Part shown: positions 20,951 to 32,957 of the stretch, one piece after another
Numbering within the stretch: position 1 is the stretch's first letter
Layout: each line of letters begins with the position of its first letter
Source of the DNA: Okamejei kenojei
Taxonomy: Eukaryota
DNA length: 41,153 nucleotides
Reading direction: 5' to 3'
Assembly (NCBI GenBank): GCA_035221665.1
Contig: CM069132.1
Span: forward strand, 163,082,526-163,123,678
Program-made: the position numbers and the translations under genes
The notes under the pieces: generated by a model
What the model saw: only the letters and a program-made list of their open reading frames with translations
Database searches by the model: none
What the model was told of the DNA's origin: nothing

Positions 20951-21895
20951 TTAAGTAAGTATGCAGATGATACTAAGATAGGTGGTATTGTGGATAATGA
21001 AGTAGATTCTCAAAGTCTACAGAGAGATTTGGGCCATTTGGAAAAGTGGGCTGAAAGATGGCAGATGGAGTTTAATGCTGATAAGTGTGAAGTGCTACAT
21101 CTTGGCAGGACAAATCAAAATAGGACGTACATGGTAAATGGTAGGGAATTGAGGAATGCTGTGGAACAGAGGGATCTAGGAATAAACTGTGCATAGTTCC
21201 CTGAAGGTGGAATCGCATGTAGATAGGGTGGTAAAGAAAGCCTTTGGTGTGCTGGCCTTTATAAATCAGAGCATTGAATATAGGAGTAGGGAAGTAATGT
21301 TAAAATTGTACAAGGCATTGGTAAGACCAATTCTGGAGTATGGTGTACAATTTTAGGTCGCCTAGTTATAGGAAGGATGTCAACAAAATAGAGAGAGTAC
21401 AGAGGAGATTTACTAGAATGTTGCCAGGGTTCCAGCAACTATGTTACAGAGAAAGGTTGAACAAGTTAGGTCTTTATTCTTTGGAGCGCAGAAGGTTAAG
21501 GGGGACTTGATTGAGGTCTTTAAAATGATGAAAGGGATAGACAGAGTTTGACGTGGATAAGCTTTTCCCATTGAGGGTAGGAAGATTCAAACAAGAGGGC
21601 ATGACATGAGAATTAAGGGACAGAAGTTTAGGGGTAACGTGAGGGGGAACTTCTTTACTCAGAGGGTGGTGGCTGTGTGGAATGAGCTTCCAGCAGAGGT
21701 GGTGGAGGCAGGATCGATTTTAACATTTAAAAGTAAAGTGGATAGGTATATGGACGTGAAGGGAATGGAGGGGTATGGTCTGAGTGCAGGTAGATGGGAC
21801 TATAGGGGAAAACAAATGGTCGGCACGGACTGGAAGGGCCGAGAGGGCCTGTCTCCGTGCTGTAATTGTTATATGGTTATATGGTTATATGGTTA
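20951..21895 (+). mobile_element. CR1 subfamily B 3' copy
   Basis: SKYADDTKIGG... with (TTATATGG)n tail; near-identical to the reverse complement of 13455-14395. Confidence 0.93.
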
Positions 21896-21927
21896 TTTTC
21901 TTTTGGGGGAATAAAGGAGAATAAGAA

Positions 21928-22230
21928 TTTAAGAATAAGGAGAAAGCCATTTAGAACGGAGACGAGGAAACACTTTTTCTCACAGAGAGTGGTGAGTCTG
22001 TGGAATTCTCTGCCTCAGAGGAAGGTGGAGGCTGGGTCTCTGGATGCTTTCAAGAGAGAGCTAGATAGGGCTCATAAAAATAGCCGAGTCAGGGGATATA
22101 GGGAGAAGGCAGGAACGGGGTACTGATTGGGGATGATCAGCCATGATCACATTGAATGGCGGTGCTGGCTCGAAGGGCCGAATGACCTACTCCTGCACCT
22201 ATTGTCTATTGTCTATTGTCTATTGTCTAT
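21928..22230 (+). mobile_element. CR1 3' fragment with (TTGTCTA)n tail
   Basis: [29 protein letters not shown]. Confidence 0.9.
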
Positions 22231-22570
22231 TCAACTTTTCCGTAAACCAGCAGCTGCAGTCTCCTGTTTCACCGGAAACAGACACTGTCAACATTTAAGA
22301 TCGAGGATTGTTTACATTTGCACTGATGGCCGAACGTCGAACGGTACAGCACAGGAACAGACCCTTCGGCCCACAATGTCCGTGCCAGACACAATGTTAA
22401 TCTAATCTCCTCTGCCTGCACACAATCCACTTCCCTGCATTCCTGGCGTATATCCATCAGCCCGTCTAGAAGTTGCTGAAATGCCACCGTTGTATCGGCC
22501 TCCACCGCCACCTCTGATTGTCACGGTTTTTAAACCGAGAGTTTCAGCATCTGTAGATTTAATATCTTCA

Positions 22571-25500
22571 TGGCGCAGTCCCATTGTACGAGCGAATTCA
22601 AGAGCTCTCCCGAGTTTAAAAAAAATCAAACTTGTGGTAAGCACGTAGAATGTACATAGCGGGTATGTCGGAGCTCGGGACGTCTCTTAGCGGCTCGTAA
22701 CGTTAACGGCAGGTACTCGGGAAACGCGGTAAACATAGAACATAGAAACATATAAATTAGGTGCAGGAGTAGGCCATTCAGCCCTTCGAGCCTGCACCGC
22801 CATTCAATATGATCATGGCTGATCATCCAACTCAGTATCCCGTACCTGCCTTCTCTCCATACCCTCTGATCCCCTTAGCCACAAGGGCCACATCCAACTC
22901 ACTCTTAAATATAGCCAATGAACTGGCCTCAACTACCCTCTGTGGCAGAGAGTTCCAGAGACTCACCACTCTCTGTGTGAAAAAAGTCTTTCTCATCTCG
23001 GTCTTAAAGGATTTCCCCCTTATCCTTAAGCTGTGACCCCTTGTCCTGGACTTCCCCAACATCGGGAACAATCTTCCTGCATCTAGCCTGTCCAACCCCT
23101 TAAGAATTTTGTAAGTTTCTATAAGATCCCCTCTCAATCTCCTAAATTCCAGAGAGTATAAACCGAGTCTATCCAGTCTTTCTTCATAAGACAGTCCTGA
23201 CATCCCAGGAATCAGTCTGGTGAACCTTCTCTGCACTCCCTCTATGGCAATAATGTCCTTCCTCAGATTTGGGAGACCAAAACTGTACGCAATCCTCCAG
23301 GTGTGGTCTCACCAAGACCCTGTACAACTGAAGTAGAACCTCCCTGCTCCTGTACTCAAATCCTTTTGCTATGAAAGCTAACATACCATTCGCTTTTTTC
23401 ACTGCCTGCTGCACCTGCATGCCTACTTTCAATGACTGGTGTACCATGACACCCAGGTCTCGCTGCATCTCCCCTTTTCCTAATCGGCCACCATTTAAAT
23501 AATAGTCTGCTTTCCTGTTTTTGCCACCAAAGTGGATAACCTCACATTTATCCACATTATACTGCATCTGCCAAATATTTGCCCACTCACCCAGCCTATC
23601 CAAGTCACCTTGCAGTCTCCTAGCATCCTCCTCACAGCGAACACTGCCCCCCAGCTTAGTGTCATCCGCAAACTTGGAGATATTGCCTTCAATTCCCTCA
23701 TCCAGATCATTAATATATATTGTAAATAGCTGGGGTCCCAGCACTGAGCCCTGCGGTACCCCACTAGTTACTGCCTGCCATTGTGAAAAGGACCCGTTTA
23801 CTCCTACTCTTTGCTTCCTGTTTGCCAGCCAGTTTTCTATCCACATCAATACTGAACCCCTAATACCATATGCTTTAAGTTTGTATACTAATCTCTTTTG
23901 TGGGACCTTGTCGAAAGCCTCCTGGAAGTCCAGATATACCACATCCACTGGTTCTCCCTTATCCACGCTACTAGTTACATCCTCGAAAAATTCCACAAGA
24001 TTCGTCAGACATGATTTACCTTTTGTAAATCCATGCTGACTTTATCCAATGATTTCACCACTTTCCAAATGTGCTGCTATCCCATCTTTAATAACTGACT
24101 CTAGCAGTTTCCCCACTACCGATGTTAGACTAACTGGTCTGTAATTCCCCGTTTTCTCTCTCCCTCCCTTCTTAAAAAGAGGGGTTACATTTGCTACCCG
24201 CCAATCCTCAGGAACTACTCCAGAATCTAAAGAGTTTTGAAAGATTATCACTAATGCATCCACTATTTCCTGAGCTACTTCCTTAAGTACTCTGGGATGC
24301 AGCCTATCTGGCCCTGGGGATTTATCGGCCTTTAATCTATTCAATTTACCCAACACCACTTCCCGACTGACCTGGATTTCACTCAATTCCTCCTTTGACC
24401 CACAGTCCCCTGCTATTTCAGGCAGATTATTTATGTCTTCCTCAGTGAAGACGGAACCAAAGTAGTTATTCAATTGGTCCGCCATATCCTTGTTCCCCAT
24501 GATCAACTCACCTGTTTCTGACTGCAAAGGGACCTACATTTGTTTTAACTAACCTCTTTCTCTTCACATATCTATAAAAACATTTTGCAGTCAGTTTTTA
24601 TGTTCACTGCCAGTTTTCTTTCATAATCTATTTTTCCTTTCCTAATTAAGCCCTTTGTCCTCCTCTGCTGGTCTCTGAATTTCTCCCAGTCCTCTGGTAT
24701 GCTGCTTTTTCTGGCTACTTTGTACGCATCATCCTTTGCTTTGATACTATCCCTGATTTCCCTTGTTATCCACGGATGCACTACCTTCCCCGATTTATTC
24801 TTTTGCCAAACTGGGATGAACAATTTTTGTAGTTCATCCATGCAGTCTTTAAATGTCTTCCATTGTATATCCACCGTCAACCCTTTTAGAATTAATTGCC
24901 AGTCAATGTTGGCCAATTCACGTCTCATACCCTCAAAGTTACCTTTCTTTAAGTTCAGAACCATTGTTTCTGAATTAACAATGTCACTCTCCATCCTAAT
25001 GAAGAACTCAACCATATTGTGGTCACTCTTGCCCAAGGGGGCACGTACAACAAGACGGCTAATTACCCCTTCCTCATTACTCAAAACCCAGTCTAAAATA
25101 GCCTGCTCTCTCGTTGGTTCCTCTACATGTTGATTTAGATAACTATCCCGCATACATTCCAAAAAATCCTCTTCCTCAGCACCCCTGCCAATTTGATTAA
25201 CCCAATCTATATGTAGATTGAAGTCACCCATTATAACTGTTTTGCCTTTGTCGCACGCATTCTAATTTCCTGTTTGATACCATCCCCAACTTCTCTGCTA
25301 CTGTTAGGTGGCCTGTACACAACACCCACCAGCGTTTTCTGCCCCTTAGTGTTTTGTAGCTCTACCCATACCGATTCCACATCCTCCAAGCTAATGTCCT
25401 TCCTTTCCATTGCGTTAATCTCCTCTCTAACCAGCAACGCTACCCCACCTCCTTTTCCTTTCTCTCTATCCCTCCTGAATATTGAATATCCCTGGATGTT

Positions 25501-25793
25501 CAGCTCCCAGCCTACGTCACCCTGGAGCCATGTCTCCGTGATCCCAACTATATCATAATCATTAATATCTATCTGCACGTTCAACTCGTCCACCTTATTA
25601 TGAATACTCCTTGCATTGAGACACAAAGCCTTCAGGTAAGCTCGTGAAGACTCGTGAAAATTTTTCAACATGTTGAAAATTGTCCACGAGAGGCCCGAGT
25701 ACCTACGAGTGGCCATTACCGTAATTCTCCGAGTTCGAATCAGGGGAAATTCGGGAGAACGCTTGAATTAGCTCGTACAGTGGGACAGCCCCA
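22571..25793. mobile_element. PIF/Harbinger-type MITE (about 320 bp) interrupted by a 2.9-kb CR1
   Basis: Imperfect TIRs: TGGCGCAGTCCCATTGTACGAGCGAATTCAAG and, on the minus strand at the right end, TGGGGCTGTCCCACTGTACGAGCTAATTCAAG. Flanked by TCA and TAA. Confidence 0.75.
22733..25634 (-). mobile_element. Young CR1 subfamily A copy with almost complete ORF2 (APE endonuclease and RT), several frameshifts
   Basis: CLNARSI..GITETW, MGDFN..SDHN, QGSVLGP, FADD and C-terminus (ORFs 25231..25716, 24572..25231, 24042..24527, 23184..23996, 22832..23236). GGTAA TSD at 22728-22732 and 25635-25639. Confidence 0.96.
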
Positions 25794-25869
25794 TAAGTCT
25801 TGGCAGATGGATTTTCAGAAATTGAATTGGAGAGATGAAATTTCAGCTGCAAGTTTTGAATAAACTTTG

Positions 25870-27052
25870 AGTTCCTAGCCGGCTCGACCCCTCCCTGTAG
25901 CTCACACCCTCGGGTCCTGGCAACACCCTCGTAAACCTTCTCTGCACTCTTTCCAGCTTGACGACATCGTTCCTATCGCATGGCGACCAAAACCGAACAC
26001 AATATTCTAAACGTGGTCTCACCAATGTCTTGTAGAACAGCAACATGACCTCCCGACTTCTAGACTCAAAGTTGCCCCTCAGGACTCTGTCTGTGGAACT
26101 GATGCGCTACAATGCTGAGAACTATATTCTGCACTCTGTATCATCCCCTTTGCTCTACCTATTGTACTTGAGTTTGGCCTTGTTGTATTTATGTGTGGTA
26201 TTATCTGATCTGGTTGGATGGCATGCACAGCAAAGCTTTTCACTGTACCTCGGTACATGTGACAATAATGAACCTAATCTGTCCCCTCTCGCCTTAAACC
26301 CATGTCCTCTGGTTCTTGATTCCCCTACTCTGGGAAAAATATTCTCGGCATTCAGTCTATCTGTTCCCCTCATAAGTTCAGAAGTCATAGGAGCAGAATT
26401 AGGCCATTCGACCCATCGAGGCTGCTCTGCCATTCACTCTTGGCTGATGTATATACAATAGACAATAGGTGCAGGAGTAAGCCATTCGGCCCTTCGAGCC
26501 AGCACCGCCATTCAATGTGATCATGGCTGATCATCCCCAATCAGTACCCATTTACTGTCTTCTCCCCATATCCCCTGACTCCACTATCTTCAAGAGCCCT
26601 ATCTAGCTCTCTCTTGAAATTATCCAGAATACCGGCCTCCACCGCCCTCTGAGGAATAGAGAATAAATCTCTCACTCTCAACCCCATTCCCCTCCCTTCT
26701 CCCCTTAACCAAGAATCAAGAATCTGTCAATCTCTGCTTTAAAAATATCCACCGACTTGGCCTCCACCGTCGTCTGTGGCAAAGAATTCCACACATTCAC
26801 CACCCTCTGACTAAACAAATTCCTCCTCATCTCCTTTATAAAGGTATGACCTTTTATTCTTGGGCTGAGTCCTCTGGTCCTAGACTTTCGCACTAGTGGA
26901 AACATCCTTTCCACATCCATTCTATCCAGGCCTTTCACTATTCGGTATGTTTCAATGAGGTCCCCCCTCAATGAGGTTCCCCCTCATCCTCCTAAACTCC
27001 AGCGTGTACAGGCCCCGTGCCGTCAAACGTTCATCATATGTTAACCCACTCA
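25870..27052. mobile_element. Mosaic of minus-strand CR1 fragments with a Rex-type tail (about 26085-26275, +)
   Basis: ORFs 25843..26046, 26155..26433 and 26705..26971 carry CR1 motifs. Confidence 0.8.
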
Positions 27053-27056
27053 TTGT

Positions 27057-27138
27057 GGTAGACAAAAAGCTGGAGAAACTCAACGGGTGAGGCAGCGTCT
27101 ATGGAGCGAAGGAATGGGCGACGTTTCGGGTCGAGATC
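27057..27138 (-). mobile_element. Penelope-like repeat fragment with the 3' half of the hammerhead core
   Basis: The minus strand reads TCTCGACCCGAAACGTCGCCCATTCC. Confidence 0.6.
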
Positions 27139-27333
27139 GTTCGTCAGCATCCTCTCTATCATCAACAGTTCTCTGGCCACTGGCATTGTTCCAACCTGTT
27201 TCAAGCATGCAGTGGTCCAGCCCCTTCTGAACAAACTTAACCTAGACCCCACCTTGCCTAGTAACTACAGACCTATTTCCAAACTGCCTCTCCTCTCAAA
27301 AGTCCTTGAAAAGGCAATTCTAAATCAACTAAT

Positions 27334-29948
27334 AGATACATAGATACATAGAAATTAGGTGCAGGAGTAGGCCATTCAGCCCTTCGAGCCTGCACCGCCA
27401 TTCAATATGATCATGGCTGATCATCCAACTCAGTATCCCGTACCTGCCTTCTCTCCATACCCTCTGATCCCCTTAGCCACAAGGGCCACATCCAACTCAC
27501 TCTTAAATATAGCCAATGAACTGGCCTCAACTCCCCTCTGTGGCAGAGAGTTCCAGAGACTCACCACTCTCTGTGTGAAAAAAGTCTTTCTCATCTCGGT
27601 CTTAAAGGATTTCCCCCTTATCCTTAAGCTGTGACCCCTTGTCCTGGACTTCCCCAACATCGGGAACAATCTTCCTGCATCTAGCCTGTCCAACCCCTTA
27701 AGAATTTTGTAAGTTTCTATAAGATCCCCTCTCAATCTCCTAAATTCCAGAGAGTATAAACCGAGTCTATCCAGTCTTTCTTCATAAGACAGTCCTGACA
27801 TCCCAGGAATCAGTCTGGTGAACCTTCTCTGCACTCCCTCTATGGCAATAATGTCCTTCCTCAGATTTGGAAACCAAAACTGTACGCAATACTCCAGGTG
27901 TGGTCTCACCAAGACCCTGTACAACTGAAGTAGAACCTCCCTGCTCCTGTACTCAAATCCTTTTGCTATGAAAGCTAACATACCATTCGCTTTTTTCACT
28001 GCCTGCTGCACCTGCATGCCTACTTTCAATGGCTGGTGTACCATGACACCCAGGTCTCGCTGCATCTCCCCTTTTCCTAATCGGCCACCATTTAAATAAT
28101 AGTCTGCTTTCCTGTTTTTGCCACCAAAGTGGATAACCTCACATTTATCCACATTATACTGCATCTGCCAAACATTTGCCCACTCACCCAGCCTATCCAA
28201 GTCACCTTGCAGTCTCCTAGCATCCTCCTCACAGCGAACACTGCCCCCCAGCTTAGTGTCATCCGCAAACTTGGAGATATTGCCTTCAATTCCCTCATCC
28301 AGATCATTAATATATATTGTAAACAGCTGGGGTCCCAGCACTGAGCCCTGCGGTACCCCACTAGTTACTGCCTGCCATTGTGAAAAGGACCCGTTTACTC
28401 CTACTCTTTGCTTCCTGTTTGCCAGCCAGTTCTCTATCCACATCAATACTGAACCCCTAATACCGTATGCTTTAAGTTTGTATACTAATCTCTTATGTGG
28501 GACCTTGTCGAAAGCCTTCTGGAAGTCCAGATATACCACATCCACTGGTTCTCCCTTATCCACGCTACTAGTTACATCCTCGAAAAATTCCACAAGATTC
28601 GTCAGACATGATTTACCTTTTGTAAATCCATGCTGACTTTGTCCAATGATTTCACCACTTTCCAAATGTGCTGCTATCCCATCTTTAATAACTGACTCTA
28701 GCAGTTTCCCCACGACCGATGTTAGACTAACTGGTCTGTAATTCCCCGTTTTCTCTCTCCCTCCCTTCTTAAAAAGAGGGGTTACATTTGCTACCGCCAA
28801 TCCTCAGGAACTACTCCAGAATCTAAAGAGTTTTGAAAGATTATCACTAATGCATCCACTATTTCCTGAGCTACTTCCTTAAGTACTCTGGGATGCAGCC
28901 TATCTGGCCCTGGGGATTTATCGGCCTTTAATCTATTCAATTTACCCAACACCACTTCCCGACTGACCTGGATTTCACTCAATTCCTCCTTTGACCCACA
29001 GTCCCCTGCTATTTCCGGCAGATTATTTATGTCTTCCTTAGTGAAGACGGAACCAAAGTAGTTATTCAATTGGTCCGCCATATCCTTGTTCCCCATGATC
29101 AACTCACCTGTTTCTGACTGCAAGGGACCTACATTTGTTTTAACTAACCTCTTTCTCTTCTATATCTATAAAAACTTTTGCAGTCAGTTTTTATGTTCCC
29201 TGCCAGTTTTCTTTCATAATCTATTTTTCCTTTCCTAATTAAGCCCTTTGTCCTCCTCTGCTGGTCTCTGAATTTCTCCCAGTCCTCTGGTATGCTGCTT
29301 TTTCTGGCTACTTTGTACGCATCATCCTTTGCTTTGATACTATCCCTGATTTCCCTTGTTATCCACGGATGCACTACCTTCCCCGATTTATTCTTTTGCC
29401 AAACTGGGATGAACAATTTTTGTAGTTCATCCATGCAGTCTTTAAATGTCTTCCATTGTATATCCACCGTCAACCCTTTTAGAATTAATTGCCAGTCAAT
29501 CTTGGCCAATTCTCGTCTCATACCCTCAAAGTTACCTTTCTTTAAGTTCAGAACCATTGTTTCTGAATTAACAATGTCACTCTCCATCCTAATGAAGAAC
29601 TCAACCATATTATGGTCACTCTTGCCCAAGGGGGCACGTACAACAAGACGGTAATTACCCCTTCCTCATTACTCAAAACCCAGTCTAAAATAGCCTGCTC
29701 TCTCGTTGGTTCCTCTACATGTTGATTTAGATAACTATCCCGCATACATTCCAAAAAATCCTCTTCCTCAGCACCCCTGCCAATTTGATTAACCCAATCT
29801 ATATGTAGATTGAAGTCACCCATTATAACTGTTTTGCCTTTGTCGCACGCATTTCTAATTTCCTGTTTGATACCATCCCCAACTTCTCTGCTACTGTTAG
29901 GTGGCCTGTACACAACACCCACCAGCGTTTTCTGCCCCTTAGTGTTTT
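27334..29948 (-). mobile_element. Young CR1 subfamily A copy inserted in the L2
   Basis: 456-aa uninterrupted RT ORF 27430..28800 plus upstream ORF2 pieces. CTAAT TSD at 27329-27333 and 29978-29982. Confidence 0.96.
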
Positions 29949-30265
29949 ATTTTCTGCCCCTTAGTGTTTTAAGTGTTCTAATGCCTTACCCACACCAAAA
30001 TACCATCCTGGAAAGTTCCCAATCAGGCTTCAGGTCCCACCACAGCACAGTCTGCCGTTGAAGGTACATAACGGCCTGCTTATTGCCATCGACTCCAGCG
30101 ACTGTGCAATACTGCTCCTTCTCGATCTCAGCGCAGCGTTTGATAAAGTGGACAACACCAACCTAATTGACCGTCTCCGGTATGGGGTTGGTGTTGATGG
30201 CACTACCCTGAGCTGGTTCATCTCCTACCTCAAAAATAGGAGTTTCTCCACCAACATAGGCAATT

Positions 30266-32150
30266 AACCATATAACCATATAACAATTACAGCACGGAAA
30301 CAGGCCCTCTCGGCCCTTCCAGTCCGTGCCGACCATTTGTTTTCCCCTAGTCCCATTTACCTGCACTCAGACCATACCCCTCCATTCCCTTCACGTCCAT
30401 ATACCTATCCACTTTACTTTTAAATGTTAAAATCGATCCTGCCTCCACCACTTCTGCTGGAAGCTCATTCCACACAGCCACCACCCTCTGAGTAAAGAAG
30501 TTCCCCCTCACATTACCCCTAAACTTCTGTCCCTTAATTATCATGTCATGCCCTCTTGTTTGAATCTTCCCTACCCTCAATGGGAAAAGCTTATCCACGT
30601 CAACTCTGTCTATCCCTTTCATCATTTTAAAGACCTCAATCAAGTCCCCCCTTAATCTTCTGCGCTCCAAAGAATAAAGACCTAACTTATTCAACCTTTC
30701 TCTGTAACATAGTTGCTGGAACCCTGGCAACATTCTAGTAAATCTCCTCTGTACTCTCTCTATTTTGTTGACATCCTTCCTATAATTAGGCGACCAAAAT
30801 TGTACACCATACTCCAGAATTGGTGTTACCAATGCCTTGTACAATTTTAACATTACTTCCCTACTCCTATATTCAATGCTCTGATTTATAAAGGCCAGCA
30901 CACCAAAGGCTTTCTTTACCACCCTATCTACATGCGATTCCACCTTCAGGGAACTATGCACAGTTATTCCTAGATCCCTCTGTTCCACAGCATTCCTCAA
31001 TTCCCTACCATTTACCATGTACTTCCTATTTTGATTTGTCCTGCCAAGATGTAGCACTTCACACTTAACAGCATTAAACTCCATTATGCCATCTTTCAGC
31101 CCACTTTTCCAAATGGCCCAAATCTCTCTGTAGACTTTGAAAATCTACTTCATTATCCACAACACCACCTATCTTAGTATCATCTGCATACTTACTTATC
31201 CAATTTTCCACCTGATCAACCAGATCATTGATGTACATGACAAACAACAGTGGACCCAACACAGATCCCTGAGGCACCCCACTGGTCACCGGCTTCCAAC
31301 CTGCCAAACAGCCATCCACCATTACTCTCTGACATCTCCCATTCAGCCACCGTTGAATCCATCTTGCTACTCCGCCATTAACACCCAAAGATTGAACCTT
31401 CTTAACCAACCTTCCATGGGGAACCTTGTCAAAGGCCTTACTGAAATCCATATAGACAACATCCACTGCTTTAACATCATCAATTTCCCTAGTTACCGCT
31501 TCAAAAAATTCAAGAAGGTTTGTTAAACATGACCTTCCAGGCACAAATCCATGTTGACTGTTCCTGATCAGACCCTGTTTATCCAGATGCTTATATATAT
31601 TATCTCTAAGTATCCTTTCCATTAATTTGCCCACCACTGACGTTAAACTAATAGGTCTATAATTGCTAGGTTTATTCTTTGAACCCTTTTTAAACAATGG
31701 AACAACATGCGCAGTACGCCAATCCTCCGGCACTATTCCCGTTTCTAATGACATTTGAAATATTTCTGTCATAGCTCCTGCTATTTCTACACTAACTTCC
31801 CTCAATGTCCTAGGGAATATCCTGTCAGGACCTGGAGACTTATCCACTTTTATATTTTTCAAAAGTGTCAGTACTTCCTCCTCTTTGAATCTCATAGTTT
31901 CCATAGCTACTCTACTTTTTTCCCTTACCTCACAGAGTTCAATATTCCTTCTCCTTGGTGAATACCGAAGAAAATAAATTGTTCAATATCTCCCCCATCT
32001 CTTTTGGCTCTGCAGATAGCTGTCCATTCTGTCTCTCTAATGGTCCAATTTTATCCCTCGTTATCCTTTTGCTATTAATATAGCTGTAGAAACCCTTTGG
32101 ATTTACTTTCACCTTTCTTGCCAAAGCAACCTCATGTCTTCTTTTAGCCT
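30266..32150 (-). mobile_element. CR1 subfamily B copy inserted in the L2
   Basis: ORFs 31074..31904 and 30347..31084. GCAATT TSD at 30260-30265 and 32162-32167. Confidence 0.95.
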
Positions 32151-32556
32151 ACTTTCTTTTAGCAATTCTTTCTCTTCCCCAGCTAGTCTCTGCTGTGGGG
32201 TTCCACAAGGTTCCGCCCTTGGCCCCATTCTCTTCTCCCTGTACATGCTCCCCCTCGGCCAAGTCATTGAAAAGCACGGCATTTCTTTCCACTGTTATGC
32301 AGACGATACACAGCTCTATCTCCCCCTGAAACCCAACAACCGATCTAATTTAATCAGCCTCATGCACTGCCTCGAGGACATAAAATGTTGGATGGCACAG
32401 AACTTCCTCCAACTAAACGAGAGCAAGTCTGAGGTCATCCTACTCGACCCCTGCAACTCCATCAAAACAATAACAGGCAGCCTTGGATGCCTAACCTCCC
32501 GAGTCAAACCGCACGTCAAAAACCTTGCCGTGATATTTGACTCCGTGTTGAAGTTT

Positions 32557-32853
32557 ACATAGAAACATAGAAACATAGAAAATAGGTGCAGGAGGAGGCC
32601 ATTCGGCCCTTCGAGCCAGCACCACCATTCATTGTGATCATGGCTGATCGTCCCCAATCAATAACCCGTGCCTGCCTTCTCCTCATATCCCTTGACTCCA
32701 CTAGCCTCTAGAGCTCTATCTAACTCTCTCTTAAATCCATCCAGTGACTTGGCCTCCACTGCCCTCTGTGGTAGGGAATTCCATAAATTCACAACTCTGG
32801 GTGAAAACGTTTTTATCACCTCAGCCTTCAATGACCTCCCCTTTATTCTAAGA
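32557..32853 (-). mobile_element. Short CR1 3' copy inserted in the L2
   Basis: Tail plus LRIKGRSLKAEV..VVNLWNSLP; it splits the L2 peptide KF|DKQ. Confidence 0.92.
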
Positions 32854-32957
32854 GTTGACAAACAAGTCAACTCCGTGATAAAATCTAGTTTCTTCCAGCT
32901 TCGCACGATAGCTAAAATCAAACCATTCCTCCAATTCGATGACCTTGAAAAGATCAT

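Noticed and set aside
23521-24039. 172-aa plus-strand ORF (repeated at 28118..28636)
   Set aside because: Antisense shadow of CR1 ORF2 with no independent evidence.
27430-28800. 456-aa reverse transcriptase as a domesticated gene or a retron/DGR-like system
   Set aside because: Ordinary CR1 ORF2 with 3' tail, TSD and a near-identical sibling copy.
22733-29948. Segmental duplication or assembly duplication
   Set aside because: The two CR1 copies differ in flanks, TSDs, tails and truncation points.
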